A stretch of 64,000 nucleotides of DNA from Akkermansiaceae bacterium. Lineage in GTDB: Bacteria > Verrucomicrobiota > Verrucomicrobiia > Verrucomicrobiales > Akkermansiaceae. Every line of letters starts with the position of its first letter. Within the stretch, counting starts at the first letter, position 1. Below, piece by piece: positions 28,770 through 39,491 of this stretch. The notes beneath the pieces were generated by a model. That model did no database searches. It was not told where the DNA came from and worked only from the letters and a program-made list of their open reading frames with translations. The translations under genes and the position numbers were made by a program. The stretch covers positions 19,857 through 83,856 of the forward strand of contig JBBEEL010000077.1 in NCBI GenBank assembly GCA_040880785.1, written 5' to 3'.

Positions 28770-31700
28770 TTACCTAACAAATCGCAGGCGGATGAGCTGG
28801 CGCGCCGGGAGTGGTTCGGAAAGTGTTTTGGTGGCTTTCACGGTTTCCGGGTTGTTGCCTGGATTGAGGACTTCCAACATGAGGTCTTCCCAGGTGAGCA
28901 GGGTGTCGGAGGCTTCGGCGAAATAGGTGACGTCGCTGATATGGGCGGGGCGTTGGAAGGTGATCGAGAGTTGATTGCCCGTCCGGCTGACAGCGGGCTG
29001 CGGGGTGAATGAATGGGGATTCGTCCCGAGCGCGTATTCGGCGAGATTTTTCAATCCGTCGCCGTCGGGATCCGCATTGGATCCGCTGATCGCGTCGTTG
29101 CTTTGATCGACCGGATCGAAGTTCGTGGTTTTCCAATCCGCATAAGTCAATGCGGTCACGGACAGCGTGCCATCCACAAACGTGAATGTGTAGTTGGTCG
29201 CGCTCAGCGTGCCGAGGGCGGCGGTGATGGGGTAAGCGCCTGGAATGCTCGCGGCGTTTGCGGCGGTGGACAAGGAGGCTGCGCCCGAAACGACGGCTTG
29301 CGTCTCATTGTTCACAAAGCCGGTGATGGTCGCGGTGAGCGCGGGGTTGGAAGCTCCGAACGCACGGCTCTTGGCTTCGGCCGTCACCGTTAGGGTGGCG
29401 GGGTTGATGGTGATCGTGAGCGGAGCGGAGCCTTGGTTTCCGGCCGCATCGGTGGCGGTGATGGTGGCGTTGAACGTGCCCGCCTGGGTCGGCGTTCCGG
29501 TGATCGCACCCGACGCTGTATTCACGCCCAGACCGGCGGGGAGTCCCGACACGCCGTAGCTCACGGCGGAACCCGACGCGGTGATCGTGTAGGAGAAGCC
29601 GGCGGCGCGGTAAGTCCCCGAAGCGGTGGCCCCGCTGGTGATGGCCGGTGCGGTGTTGTCCACCGTGAAGGTCGTGCTCGGGCCGGCGGCGGTGGCGGTG
29701 TTCCCGGCGGTATCGCTGGCAGTTTGCGCGGCTACACTGATGCCGAGCGTGCCATTTCCCGTGATGGAACTGATGGTCACCGTGCGAGTGGTGCCGCTGC
29801 CCGTCACGTTGACCGTCCCGCTGGCACTGCCGGTGCTGTTGAGTGTGATGTTTTGATTGGCCAAGGTGCTGGAGCTGAAATTGCTGTCCGAGTAGGTGAT
29901 CGTGTAAGTGATCGGACCGGATCGCGTCAGGCTGGCGGAAGGAGCACCGATGGCGATCGTGGGCGGCGTCTTGTCCATGGTGTAGGCTTCGCCGCTGAAA
30001 GGCAGAGAGGTGGAAATCACCTGGCTGAGCCCGGTGGCGTTGGCCAAATTCAGTTGCAAGGTTCCGCTACCGGATCCGGTGGTGACGGGAATGTTCCATG
30101 AAACCCCTGCATTGGTGGTGGTTGGAGTCCCGACGGACGCGCCCGAAGCCGCGGTGCCGGAAAGGGAGAATTGGGAGGCAGTGACGCCGGTGGTGGCCGA
30201 GCCAAAAATCAAAGTCCAGTTGACGGTGGATGCGTTGCTCGGCGTGGCGTTCACCCGATTCAAGGAGCTGACGGTGGGCGTGCCGGGAGCCGCCAGGGCG
30301 GTGATCTCGGAAGAGCTCAGGGCACCTTCGTAGATCCGGAAATCATCGATCGTCGCACGCAGCGTGGGGTCGGCGGTGGAGGCGGATTTACCGATGAAGT
30401 TGTTGAGCGTGGCACCGAGCCCGGACGGGTTGTTGGTCATCGTGGTGGTGGTGGCGACCGGCACGCCGTCGAAATACATCGTGGTCGTATTTCCCGAGAG
30501 CGTGATGGTGATATGGGTCCAGACGCCGAGGGTGAATTGGACGTTGGCGGGTGCCTCGAGGATTTGCCCGCTGAGCCCGAAACGGACCAGGCCGCCGGCG
30601 GTTTGCGGCACGAAATACATGCTGGTGCTGGTGGTGCCGTTGTTGAAATCGAAGACGCGGGCCCAGGTGTTGAGCGAGTCGGGCTTGAGCCAGAAGCTGA
30701 TGGTGCAGTCGTCGAGGCCGGCGACGATGCCTTCCGGCAGGGTGACGTGGCCACCGGTGAGCTTGAGCGCGCCGCGGTATCTAGCGTCGGTACCGGTGAC
30801 CCATGTGGAGGAGCCGACGCGCGTGCCGTGCCAGCCGTTGCCGGAGGCGTCGGTAGCGGTGAGACCGTCTCCGTCGTCGAAGCGCAGATAGGTGGAGAGT
30901 GGGCCGGGCACGGCGTAGCTTTCAGAGGAGTTGGAGCTTTCCGCCGCGCTGTTATTCGCGGTGATGACGTAATAGTAGGGAGTGCCGTTGACGAGGGGGG
31001 TGTCGATGTGTGTGACCTCGTAAACGGTGGCTACAGTGGTGTAGGGGCCGCCGCTGGTGGCTGAGCGTTTGACGGTGTAGCTTAAGACCCCGGGGACGGG
31101 GTCCCAATCGAGGATGACGCTGGCGTTGGCCGGGGTCGCGAGGAGGTTTTCCGGCGCGGCGGGAGGTGCGGCGAGGTCGGCGATGTGGCCGGCGTCGAGG
31201 GCGCGGTCGTAGATTTGGAACTCGTCCACCGTTCCGTCGAGGAAGGGATCGGTGGAGGCGGATTTACCGATGAAGTTTTGCGTCGTGATGCCGAGACCGG
31301 AGGGCTCGTGGGTCACGGCGGTGTTGGTGCCCACGGCGATGCCGTCCACGTAGAGCGTGGCGGTGGAGCCGGAGAGCGTGATGGCGACGTGCGTCCAGAC
31401 GCCTGCGGGCAAGGCGGCGGTGCCCTCGACGTTTTGTGCGACGCCGTTCACGCGTAGTCCAAACCGCACTACGTTGCCCGAGGTGCGCGGCGTGAGATAC
31501 ATGCTGTTTTGGGTGGTGCCGGTGCTGAAATCGAAGATGCGGGACCAGGTGCCGACGGTATCGAGGTTTACCCAGCAAGAGATGGTGAAGTCGGTGAGGT
31601 TGCTTACGATGCCGTCTGGCAGCGTGACATGCTGTGTGCTGGCGGGGGTGAGCTCGAGCGCGCCGTTGATTCTCGCAGCGCTGCCACCGACCCAGGCGGG

Positions 31701-34700
31701 GCCGTTCACCAGTGTGCCGGCCCAGCCGTTACCGGTGGAGTCTGTAGCGGTGCTGCCGAAACCATCGTCAAAGCGTAGGTGGGCGAAGCGGGCGGGCGCG
31801 CGCGTGACGGAAGCGGCGGCGGCGGAATTGGGGCTTTGATTTTCGGCGTTCAGGGCCGAAACCACGTAAAAGTAGTGTTGGTATTCGGGGAGTCCGGTGT
31901 CGGTGAATGTGGTCGTCGTCACGCCGCTGGCGATGATCTGGTAAGGGCCGGCTAAGGACGACGCGCGTTTCACGAGGTAGCTGGTGGCACCTGGCGAGGC
32001 AGTCCAATTCAAGACGGCGGTGGTGTTGTCGGGAGTCGCCGAGAGCCCGGTCGGGGCGGCGGGGGCGGGAAGTAGATACTCGATGACCGGGCGGTTGCCG
32101 ATGGAGGTGTTCTCGCGCGTGCCGAAGTCCACGCGCGGACCTCCCGGCGCGGGGGCGCTGAGACGAAGCGAGAGTCCGCCATCGCCGCCCGCCTCTGTGA
32201 CGAAGCGGGAGGTGAGATCGAAGAGCATCGGCTCACCGACCGTGCAGGTGGTGCTGGTGGCAAGGATGGTTCCGGAACCGGGCACGCGACTGGTCCAGAC
32301 CATCCCGGTTTCCGACCACGTGTCGTTGGTTACGAATTCGTAGTTTATCGTCGGCGTCGGGCTGTCAGAAAACACCGGGATCAGGCGAAGATGGGCGCTG
32401 CCGGCGCTCGCCAAACCGGTGACGTTGAAGCGTAGAAAGCTTTCGCGGGTGAAGCCGGAGTTGGGATTGGCGTCATACTTTACAATCATGGAGGTGCTCG
32501 TGCCGAAATTAGTGCCGGCGGATCCTCCGTCCTGGACATAGGTGTCGGCCACGGGGGAGAGCACGCGTTTGGCGAGCAGGCTCATTTCGGCCGAGTTCAG
32601 GCTCTCACCGACGGCGTTTACGGCGGAGATGACGTAGTAGTAGTTCACGCCATTGCTCACGTTGGTGTCGGTGCGGGTGGTGCCGGTGAGGTTGGTGGCG
32701 ATGGTGGTGTAGGGGCCACCGCTGTTCAGCGCGCGTTTGACCCGGTAGCTGGTGGCGCCGGGGATGGCGGCCCAGCTCACCAGCACCTGTCCGTTGGCGA
32801 CGAGCAGTGCGGCGTGGTCGTCGGGTGCGAAGGGGGCGGTGCTGCTGGAGCCGAATTGCCAGGTGGCGAACTCGAACAGGCTGGAACTGCTGCCGCCGGT
32901 GAAGCGCAGGTAGAGGTCGTGGACGCCCGAGGCCAAGGTGCCATTGACGGTGGTGGAGAAAGTTTTCCAGGTGTTGCTGGAGCCGGTGGACGTGACTGCG
33001 CAGGTGCCGATCAAGGTGCCGGTCGGGCCGTTGAGGCGCAGCTCGATATTGCCGCTGGCGGTCCCAGCGGCGCGGGCGACGAAGCCGGTTGCCCCAGCAC
33101 CGAAGTCCACGTCACGGAAGCGGATCCAGTCGCCGTTGGAGATCGAATTCACGTTCAGGCCGATTTCATCATAACGCTCGACGTCCACCCCGCTTTGGCC
33201 GGAGAAACCCACCGCGTAGGTTTTCACGTAGGGCGAAACGTTGTAGGCGGGGGGCGCGGCGGGCGGGGTCACGACGGCAGGCGCAGGGGCGGGCGGGCGG
33301 GTGGCGGAGCCTGCGCACTGAATATTGAGATCAACGGGGCCGTTGTGCTGAATGGTGAGAGTGAAAACCCCGCCGCTCCAGGTGGTGCTGGCCGAGCTGG
33401 GAGGGTGTTCGCCGCGCTGGGTAAGGGTGTAGGTGGGCTGGCTGGTCGCGCCGTGGATTTTTATCACGGAAGTGCGCAGCTGCGAGACCACGGGATTGAG
33501 GAGATAGAAGGCTTCTTGGGAGGTCGGAATACCAGCCGGGTAGTCGGCCCACATCTGGGTTTTATCGGAGCGGTAGTTATTGAGGTAGATTTTAATATTC
33601 GAGGCGGTTTCCGTGACGACGCCCAAGGTGTGGGCCGGGTAAGTGAGTTCCAGGCTCGTGCAGGTGTTATATTTGAGGCTCAAGACGCCGTTCGAGCTGA
33701 TATCCGTGTTGATGTGGGGATTATAGGTGAGCCACTTGTTGAGGTGGCGGCCCGCGAAAAGGTCGCCGGTGGAGTCGGCGGGGAAGAGCGTGTTGAACTC
33801 GTTTATTTTCGCCTGCTGGTTAGGCCAGCGCGAGGTGTAGTTCGAGGAGGTGACTACATTGGCAGGCGAGAACAAGGATGTCTGATTGGAGCCGTTGGTG
33901 AACAAGGTGGGGATCGCCGGGTAACGACCGGTCTTTTTGAACCAGGTGCGGTTGCTGGCGCGCTGGCCGTCCATTTCATACAGGCCGGTGTAGAGATCGG
34001 ATGGCGGGTTGACGCTGCTGAGCGGCACGAAGGCGATTTTGGCGCGAGCGGCGACCTCGGCCGCAGATGGCGGCGCGATGGTGCCGTCGAGCACCTTGCG
34101 GAAAATGTCCGAGATCATGTTCGTGAAAGCCGGAGTGGGCTGGCCGTTGTAATAAATGTTCGAATACTCCGGCACTTCCGGTCCATCGATGACGGAGGCG
34201 CCATGCAGGAGCATCTCCTCGATGATGGGCACGCCCATGGGAACCTCCGGGCAGCCCAGCAGCGGGTTGACTCCGAACATATCCATGCGGCCGGTGGGGT
34301 TTTCAGCACCGAAGACGATGCCACGGCCGCTCCAGCCCCACGCGTATTGATCGAAACGCACCGCGTAGGTGCCGGCGTGGCCGGAAAGATATGCGCCGAG
34401 GGCACCGCTCTGGTTATCGTAGTAACCGAAGGAATGGGTGAACTTATTGCCGTAAATGACGTTGGCTTTGTGGGTGCGGGTGAGGTTGGCGAAAGTCTGG
34501 CTGGCCTTGAATTTGGCGATCGTGTTCCAGCTGGAGTTGCTCAGCGAGAAGCAGTCGTTGACATAGAGGTAGCCGCCATAGGTGTCGGCCAGGGTGATGA
34601 GCTGGCCGAGGAAACCCAGACGCTGGGTAAAGCTGGCGGTGTCGAAGCCCCACGATTGTTCGCAAAAATTATAGCCGATGAGGTTCGGATACTTTTGATA

Positions 34701-35243
34701 CAAGAGTTCATAATTCGTGAGGTCGGTATCGGACATGCTGTTATTAACGCCCGAACTGGGTTGAACCATGGCCCAGATGCCATTTTGCGCGCAGGTGTTG
34801 AGCCATGCGTCGGCGACTTGGTAGCCATCGCCATTGGCGGAACGCATGGCGAGGTTGAGCACCACGTAGGGGCGGATGTCGGCCGGGATCGCGTCGATGA
34901 TCCGTTGGGCGTCTTTGGGATAGAGAGCGTGAATCAGCAGCATGGGCGTCGTCGGTGACACGGGACGGCGCAGGGGCGCGGCGCTGAGGGCCGAGGCCAG
35001 GCAGAACAGGCTGCACATCCAGACAAGCAGCGCTGCGATGCTCGGATACTTCTTTAATGGGTGAGAATCGTGGCTACGCGGGCTGCGCTCGAGATGCTGG
35101 TCGGAGCGCGTGCGGGTTTGCGAAGGCGAGGCGTGGCCTATCGGCGGATGCGCGGGGAGGCGGCACCGAGACTGGAACACAAGCGGTTTGATACTAGGCA
35201 TGAGCGGGGTAGGATAAAGAAGGGGGCGAGTGGTCAGGATCAC
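28770..35243 (-). CDS. GH98 glycoside hydrolase (probable complex-xylan endo-xylanase) with CBM6, Fn3, DNRLRE, 2 LamG, Ig/MBG and C-terminal sorting-like module
   Basis: PLRRPVSPTTPMLLIH, IPADIRPYVVLN, MVQPSSG, GYNFCEQSWGF, GAYLSG, FKKTGRYPAIP as in Bacteroides-type GH98. CBM6: ISNGDWIRFRDVDFG...GVHDLYLRF. DNRLRE: ADTYVQDG...RESFLRF. The start is uncertain (ATG 35201 is possible). Confidence 0.85.
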   Translation of the reverse strand: MILTTRPLLYPTPLMPSIKPLVFQSRCRLPAHPPIGHASPSQTRTRSDQHLERSPRSHDSHPLKKYPSIAALLVWMCSLFCLASALSAAPLRRPVSPTTPMLLIHALYPKDAQRIIDAIPADIRPYVVLNLAMRSANGDGYQVADAWLNTCAQNGIWAMVQPSSGVNNSMSDTDLTNYELLYQKYPNLIGYNFCEQSWGFDTASFTQRLGFLGQLITLADTYGGYLYVNDCFSLSNSSWNTIAKFKASQTFANLTRTHKANVIYGNKFTHSFGYYDNQSGALGAYLSGHAGTYAVRFDQYAWGWSGRGIVFGAENPTGRMDMFGVNPLLGCPEVPMGVPIIEEMLLHGASVIDGPEVPEYSNIYYNGQPTPAFTNMISDIFRKVLDGTIAPPSAAEVAARAKIAFVPLSSVNPPSDLYTGLYEMDGQRASNRTWFKKTGRYPAIPTLFTNGSNQTSLFSPANVVTSSNYTSRWPNQQAKINEFNTLFPADSTGDLFAGRHLNKWLTYNPHINTDISSNGVLSLKYNTCTSLELTYPAHTLGVVTETASNIKIYLNNYRSDKTQMWADYPAGIPTSQEAFYLLNPVVSQLRTSVIKIHGATSQPTYTLTQRGEHPPSSASTTWSGGVFTLTIQHNGPVDLNIQCAGSATRPPAPAPAVVTPPAAPPAYNVSPYVKTYAVGFSGQSGVDVERYDEIGLNVNSISNGDWIRFRDVDFGAGATGFVARAAGTASGNIELRLNGPTGTLIGTCAVTSTGSSNTWKTFSTTVNGTLASGVHDLYLRFTGGSSSSLFEFATWQFGSSSTAPFAPDDHAALLVANGQVLVSWAAIPGATSYRVKRALNSGGPYTTIATNLTGTTRTDTNVSNGVNYYYVISAVNAVGESLNSAEMSLLAKRVLSPVADTYVQDGGSAGTNFGTSTSMIVKYDANPNSGFTRESFLRFNVTGLASAGSAHLRLIPVFSDSPTPTINYEFVTNDTWSETGMVWTSRVPGSGTILATSTTCTVGEPMLFDLTSRFVTEAGGDGGLSLRLSAPAPGGPRVDFGTRENTSIGNRPVIEYLLPAPAAPTGLSATPDNTTAVLNWTASPGATSYLVKRASSLAGPYQIIASGVTTTTFTDTGLPEYQHYFYVVSALNAENQSPNSAAAASVTRAPARFAHLRFDDGFGSTATDSTGNGWAGTLVNGPAWVGGSAARINGALELTPASTQHVTLPDGIVSNLTDFTISCWVNLDTVGTWSRIFDFSTGTTQNSMYLTPRTSGNVVRFGLRVNGVAQNVEGTAALPAGVWTHVAITLSGSTATLYVDGIAVGTNTAVTHEPSGLGITTQNFIGKSASTDPFLDGTVDEFQIYDRALDAGHIADLAAPPAAPENLLATPANASVILDWDPVPGVLSYTVKRSATSGGPYTTVATVYEVTHIDTPLVNGTPYYYVITANNSAAESSNSSESYAVPGPLSTYLRFDDGDGLTATDASGNGWHGTRVGSSTWVTGTDARYRGALKLTGGHVTLPEGIVAGLDDCTISFWLKPDSLNTWARVFDFNNGTTSTSMYFVPQTAGGLVRFGLSGQILEAPANVQFTLGVWTHITITLSGNTTTMYFDGVPVATTTTMTNNPSGLGATLNNFIGKSASTADPTLRATIDDFRIYEGALSSSEITALAAPGTPTVSSLNRVNATPSNASTVNWTLIFGSATTGVTASQFSLSGTAASGASVGTPTTTNAGVSWNIPVTTGSGSGTLQLNLANATGLSQVISTSLPFSGEAYTMDKTPPTIAIGAPSASLTRSGPITYTITYSDSNFSSSTLANQNITLNSTGSASGTVNVTGSGTTRTVTISSITGNGTLGISVAAQTASDTAGNTATAAGPSTTFTVDNTAPAITSGATASGTYRAAGFSYTITASGSAVSYGVSGLPAGLGVNTASGAITGTPTQAGTFNATITATDAAGNQGSAPLTITINPATLTVTAEAKSRAFGASNPALTATITGFVNNETQAVVSGAASLSTAANAASIPGAYPITAALGTLSATNYTFTFVDGTLSVTALTYADWKTTNFDPVDQSNDAISGSNADPDGDGLKNLAEYALGTNPHSFTPQPAVSRTGNQLSITFQRPAHISDVTYFAEASDTLLTWEDLMLEVLNPGNNPETVKATKTLSEPLPARQLIRLRFVR

Positions 35244-35480
35244 TTCTCACGCAGCATTTTGCGGGAGCAGATATTGGGTTTTTGATCTCATGGTTTGTGG
35301 TTGGTGGAGGGGATTGGCTGGATGGAGGTTTGAAGTGATCGATTCGGATCCATCGTATGCATGGCGCAACCCGCCTGCCGAAGTGGTCCTAAATGTGTGG
35401 GTTTTCCGCTCCATTCACTCGAATCATTCGAATGTGAACTCCACGAAGTATTCTTCTTGGCCACAAAAACGCAACTATTG

Positions 35481-35496
35481 AATTAACCGTTTTATT
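35481..35496. promoter_or_regulatory. LacI-type operator (site 1), between the divergent GH98 and SGNH genes
   Basis: AATTAACCGTTTTATT is the exact reverse complement of 46011-46026. It is followed after 5 nt by TTGCGC (-35-like). Confidence 0.75.
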
Positions 35497-35631
35497 CATG
35501 CTTGCGCGAGCCCTTCCGATTTCCAATAAACGGTGGAGCGGACGAGAAAAACCCGAAGCTAAGGTTTCCGCACGTCACCCTTCATTTTGCCAATTCCGGC
35601 CTTTCCGGGCCGTGAACCCACTAAGCAACCC

Positions 35632-36879
35632 GTGAGAATCCATCGTTCGCTCCTTCTTACCACCCAAGTTCTCGCGATGCTGCTGCTGGGTGTCGGCGGA
35701 ACATCCGCCGGTCCTGGCCACTGGGTGACCACCTGGGCGACCTCGCCCTACCTCACCGAAGTCGGCAACCTGCCGCCGGAGCCGCTGGCCCACAAAACCT
35801 TGCGCCAGTTCGTGCGGACCTCGATCGGGGCCAAACATCTGCGCCTTCGATTTTGCAACGCGTATGGCACGGATCCGGTGACGATCCAGTCCGCGCACAT
35901 CGCGTTGGCGGCGGGCAGCGGCAGCGCAGGCACCGGCGAGATCAATCCGGCAACGGATCGCACGCTTGCCTTCGGCGGAGCGCCCGGTGTGGTCATCCCG
36001 CCTGGGCAGACGATCTGGTCAGACTCGTTGGCTTTCGATCTTCCCGTCACCGCAACGGTCGCGATCAGCCTCCATTTCGGCGGGATTTCCGCATCCACGA
36101 TCACCGGCCATCCGGGCTCGAGGACCACTTCGTTCATCAAGGACGGAAACGCAGTCTCGACGGCCGATCTAGCGGGCGCGGCCAAGACCAATCGCTGGTA
36201 TGTCATCCATGCCATCGAGGCGTTGGCGGATGAAACAGGCAGGGCCATCGCCGTGCTTGGCGACTCGATCACCGACGGCCGAGGCTCGACCACGAACGGC
36301 CAGGACCGCTGGCCGGACCAACTTGCCACCCGGCTCGCAGCGAATCCTCCCACCGCCAACGTTGGCGTCGCGAATTTGGGGATTGGTGGCAACGGCATCC
36401 TTGGGCAAGGAAACGCTGGATTTCCATCCGGACAGGCGCGTTTCAGCCGCGACATTCTCAATCAGACGGGCGTGCGCTATTTCGTCGTCTTCATGGGGAT
36501 CAACGACATCGCGTTCAGCGGCATCACCACACCGGCAGCCGCCACCGCCAGGGCGAACGACCTGATCGCCGCCTACACCAACCTCGCCAACCAGGCGAAA
36601 GCGCGAAACATCAAGCCCTACGCCGCGACCATCACGCCGTTCGGCACATCAGGCACCTACACCGCGACGCTGGAAAGCATCCGGCAGACGGTGAATGAAT
36701 GGATCCGGAACAACACGGTTTACGATGGCTTCATCGACTTCGACGCTGTCGTGCGCGATCCCTCCGCGCCCTCCAATCTGCTGCCCGCCTATATCTATCA
36801 AAACGACGGGCTGCACATCAACGCGACGGGCTATCAGGCGATGGTGAATTCCGTGAACCTCAGTCTTTTCACGCCCTGA
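35632..36879 (+). CDS. SGNH/GDSL esterase (candidate xylan acetyl-esterase)
   Basis: Signal peptide, WVTTWA, LGDSITDGRG (block I Ser), NLGIGGN, MGINDI and DGLHIN. Confidence 0.9.
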   Translation: MRIHRSLLLTTQVLAMLLLGVGGTSAGPGHWVTTWATSPYLTEVGNLPPEPLAHKTLRQFVRTSIGAKHLRLRFCNAYGTDPVTIQSAHIALAAGSGSAGTGEINPATDRTLAFGGAPGVVIPPGQTIWSDSLAFDLPVTATVAISLHFGGISASTITGHPGSRTTSFIKDGNAVSTADLAGAAKTNRWYVIHAIEALADETGRAIAVLGDSITDGRGSTTNGQDRWPDQLATRLAANPPTANVGVANLGIGGNGILGQGNAGFPSGQARFSRDILNQTGVRYFVVFMGINDIAFSGITTPAAATARANDLIAAYTNLANQAKARNIKPYAATITPFGTSGTYTATLESIRQTVNEWIRNNTVYDGFIDFDAVVRDPSAPSNLLPAYIYQNDGLHINATGYQAMVNSVNLSLFTP

Positions 36880-36880
36880 G

Positions 36881-39469
36881 ATGAGGAAATTCCGACATCA
36901 GTGGGCCGCCGCTCTCCTGTCCGCGGCATTCGGATCATCTGTCGGCATGGCGGCGGTGGCGCAGTTCGACATCAATGACATCGCCACCGCTTCCCCGACG
37001 CTCGCCGGCTGGTTTGCGGTCACCGGTGCGGCTGACAATTCCGATACGCTCACCGGCACGAACGGCACACAAACCCTGACTCTAACTACGAATGGCGACG
37101 GACAGGATCGCGACCGCAATGCGGGGAGTTTCTCCTCGGATGCCAGCCTGTGGCGGGACTTCTGGTTCGTGGCTGATAGCACAATCGGCGGCGCGACCGT
37201 CACGGCGACCATCACTGGCCTAACGGCAAATGCGTTTCACTCGGTGGAGATCTGGGCCTACGACAGCAACTCGACCGGAAACCGCGCCGCTTCGTGGACG
37301 GATCCGGTCTCGGGGAACACGGCCACCCTCGCTTTCAACGGCTCCACGACGCCCGTTCCCACCTCACTCGGCAACAGTGTGATCACGCTGCAGGCGAAGA
37401 CCAACAGCGCGGGCACGCTCTCGCTGACCGCTGCCGGGACTGCCGGCGGTGCCACCGGCCTGCCGAACGTGTTCGTCAGCGGGATCCGGGTTTCCTCGAA
37501 CGCGGCGACCTTGCCGGTCATCGAGGCGGAATCCGGCACGCTCGGCTCCGAGTTCACCGTGACCCTTCTCGACGGCGCGACCGGCATCACCATTTCACCT
37601 ACCTCCGCTAGCACCTCGTTTCCCGAAAGCGCCAACCGCGTGGCATCCTACGCCGTGCAGTTCCCCGCCGCGGATGTCTATCAACTTTACGTCAGGATCC
37701 GCGTGGGGCCGGACGGCTTCAACGACGACAGCCTTTTTTACGGCAACGGACTCGGAGTCAAATCACCCACGAACGCGGCGGACTGGGTATTCACCAACGG
37801 TTTGGCGGCGGGAGGCTTCACGGCCGCCTCCGACGTGGTAACTGCCGGCGGCACGGCGGGCAGCCAGATCTGGAAATGGATGAAATTCGCGACGCTCTTC
37901 ACCGTCCCCAGCGGTAGCCTGACGCAGACATTCCAAGTCGGCGGGCGGGAGGATGGACTTCACATCGACAAGTTCGTCTTCGCGCCATCAAGCGCCAACC
38001 TGACGGTGGCGGAACTCGACAGCGGAACGATCAACGACATCCCGGAATTCATCACTTTTGACGGCCCGGACGGGATCGCGATCCACCGCTTCGGCGTGCC
38101 CGGTCAGGGTGCCACGGCCGACGGCGCGAACCCGGCGTCCGGACTGGTCCTCATCGGCGGCGAATTGCAGGGAACCACGCTCGGCGGCGGCTTGCAGGGT
38201 GACGGCGCGGCCTTCCGGGTGAGTCTGGATGGCGAAACTTTTGAAACCCTGACGAGCTTTACCGGGGGAACGGCGGTGGGGAATCCCCGAGGAGGACTGG
38301 TCGATTCCGGAAGCGGGTTCTACGGCGTCTCCCAAGCGGGCGGAGCCTCGGGAGCTGGCACCGTTTTCCACCGTCAATCGGGCGGCAATGTGGTCATCCT
38401 CCGCAGTTTCGCCCTGGTCACCCAGCACACGGGAACCAATAGCGGCGGGGCCAGTCCGTCCGGTCCGCTGGCGCTCTCCGGCAGCACGCTTTACGGCACG
38501 GCAACCGGCGGCGGCCCGTATGGAAACGGCACGGTGTTTTCTCTCTCCACCAGCGGGACCGGGTTTACCGTGCTGCGCGATTTCAGCGCGCTCGATGCCC
38601 GCTACGGCACCAACGCCGACGGCGCGGTTCCGCGCGGCGGAGTGGTCCCCGCAGGCGGAAAACTTTATGGCACCACATCCGCCGGGGGCACCGGTGGAAC
38701 GGGTCTCGTTTTCGTAATGGATGCGAACGGTTCCAACCACACGGTGCTCCACGACTTCGACCCACTCGACTCGGTGACCACGGTGAATTTCGGCGGCGCT
38801 TGTCCCACCGGCGGCCTTATCATTTCCAATGGTGTGATCTACGGCACCGCCCTCGCCGGCGGTGCGGGTGGAAAGGGCACTGTGTTCGCGATCAATACCG
38901 ACGGAAGCGGCTTTCTCGCCCTCTATCATTTCTCCGCGCCCGGCACCCTTGGTGACGGAGCCGGGCCCGCCGCAGGGCTTTGCCTATCGGGAAATGTGCT
39001 CTACGGCACCACCTCTGCGGGCCGCGGGAGCGACGCGGGCACGGTTTTCGCGCTCGATCCCTTTGTGCCGGACTTCCGCACCTTCCACCGTTTCGAACCC
39101 GTCGCTGCGGACGGCACTAACAATTTCGGAGCCTACCCGGTTGCGCCGCTGCTGCGGGTGGGGAACGCCTTGTTCGGCACCACCTTCGCCGGCGGTCCGG
39201 GTGGCTCGGGCACGGTGTTCCGCATCCCCATTCCGCTCACGGCGCAAGTTTCCGCGACCGGAAATCCTAACGGCACCGTCAACGCCACCTTTGTCGGCCG
39301 GGGAGCTCCGGGATCTAACTATCGTGTCCAAACGACCTCCGATCTCGCGTCGCCCGCCTCATGGCAGAACCTCGTTGTCCAGCCCGCCAACGCCAGTGGC
39401 TTCGTCCTGTATCCGGAATCCGATTTGAATCAGCCCAAGAAATTTTACCGGATCGCGGAAGCTCCCTGA
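36881..39469 (+). CDS. Secreted protein with an 'EAESG' CBM-like module, choice-of-anchor GloVer-like tandem repeats and a short C-terminal sorting-like module
   Basis: About seven repeats of DGAxPxxxL...LYGTTxxGG..GTVF...L(H/R)xF. IEAESG...RVGPDGFNDDS...GGREDGLHIDK. Ends YRVQTTSDL...W...KKFYRIAEAP. Confidence 0.85.
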   Translation: MRKFRHQWAAALLSAAFGSSVGMAAVAQFDINDIATASPTLAGWFAVTGAADNSDTLTGTNGTQTLTLTTNGDGQDRDRNAGSFSSDASLWRDFWFVADSTIGGATVTATITGLTANAFHSVEIWAYDSNSTGNRAASWTDPVSGNTATLAFNGSTTPVPTSLGNSVITLQAKTNSAGTLSLTAAGTAGGATGLPNVFVSGIRVSSNAATLPVIEAESGTLGSEFTVTLLDGATGITISPTSASTSFPESANRVASYAVQFPAADVYQLYVRIRVGPDGFNDDSLFYGNGLGVKSPTNAADWVFTNGLAAGGFTAASDVVTAGGTAGSQIWKWMKFATLFTVPSGSLTQTFQVGGREDGLHIDKFVFAPSSANLTVAELDSGTINDIPEFITFDGPDGIAIHRFGVPGQGATADGANPASGLVLIGGELQGTTLGGGLQGDGAAFRVSLDGETFETLTSFTGGTAVGNPRGGLVDSGSGFYGVSQAGGASGAGTVFHRQSGGNVVILRSFALVTQHTGTNSGGASPSGPLALSGSTLYGTATGGGPYGNGTVFSLSTSGTGFTVLRDFSALDARYGTNADGAVPRGGVVPAGGKLYGTTSAGGTGGTGLVFVMDANGSNHTVLHDFDPLDSVTTVNFGGACPTGGLIISNGVIYGTALAGGAGGKGTVFAINTDGSGFLALYHFSAPGTLGDGAGPAAGLCLSGNVLYGTTSAGRGSDAGTVFALDPFVPDFRTFHRFEPVAADGTNNFGAYPVAPLLRVGNALFGTTFAGGPGGSGTVFRIPIPLTAQVSATGNPNGTVNATFVGRGAPGSNYRVQTTSDLASPASWQNLVVQPANASGFVLYPESDLNQPKKFYRIAEAP

Positions 39470-39491
39470 TAATCCACCACCGACGAACTCG

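Noticed and set aside
35247-35249. Selenocysteine readthrough of the in-frame TGA upstream of GH98
   Set aside because: It lies in a non-catalytic leader, and there is no evident SECIS hairpin or redox motif.
35528-35559. Third ECF-like promoter (minus strand GCTTCGGGTTT...CGTTT)
   Set aside because: It shares 11 nt with the 11444-11454 site, but the spacer is 3 nt longer and no start codon follows.
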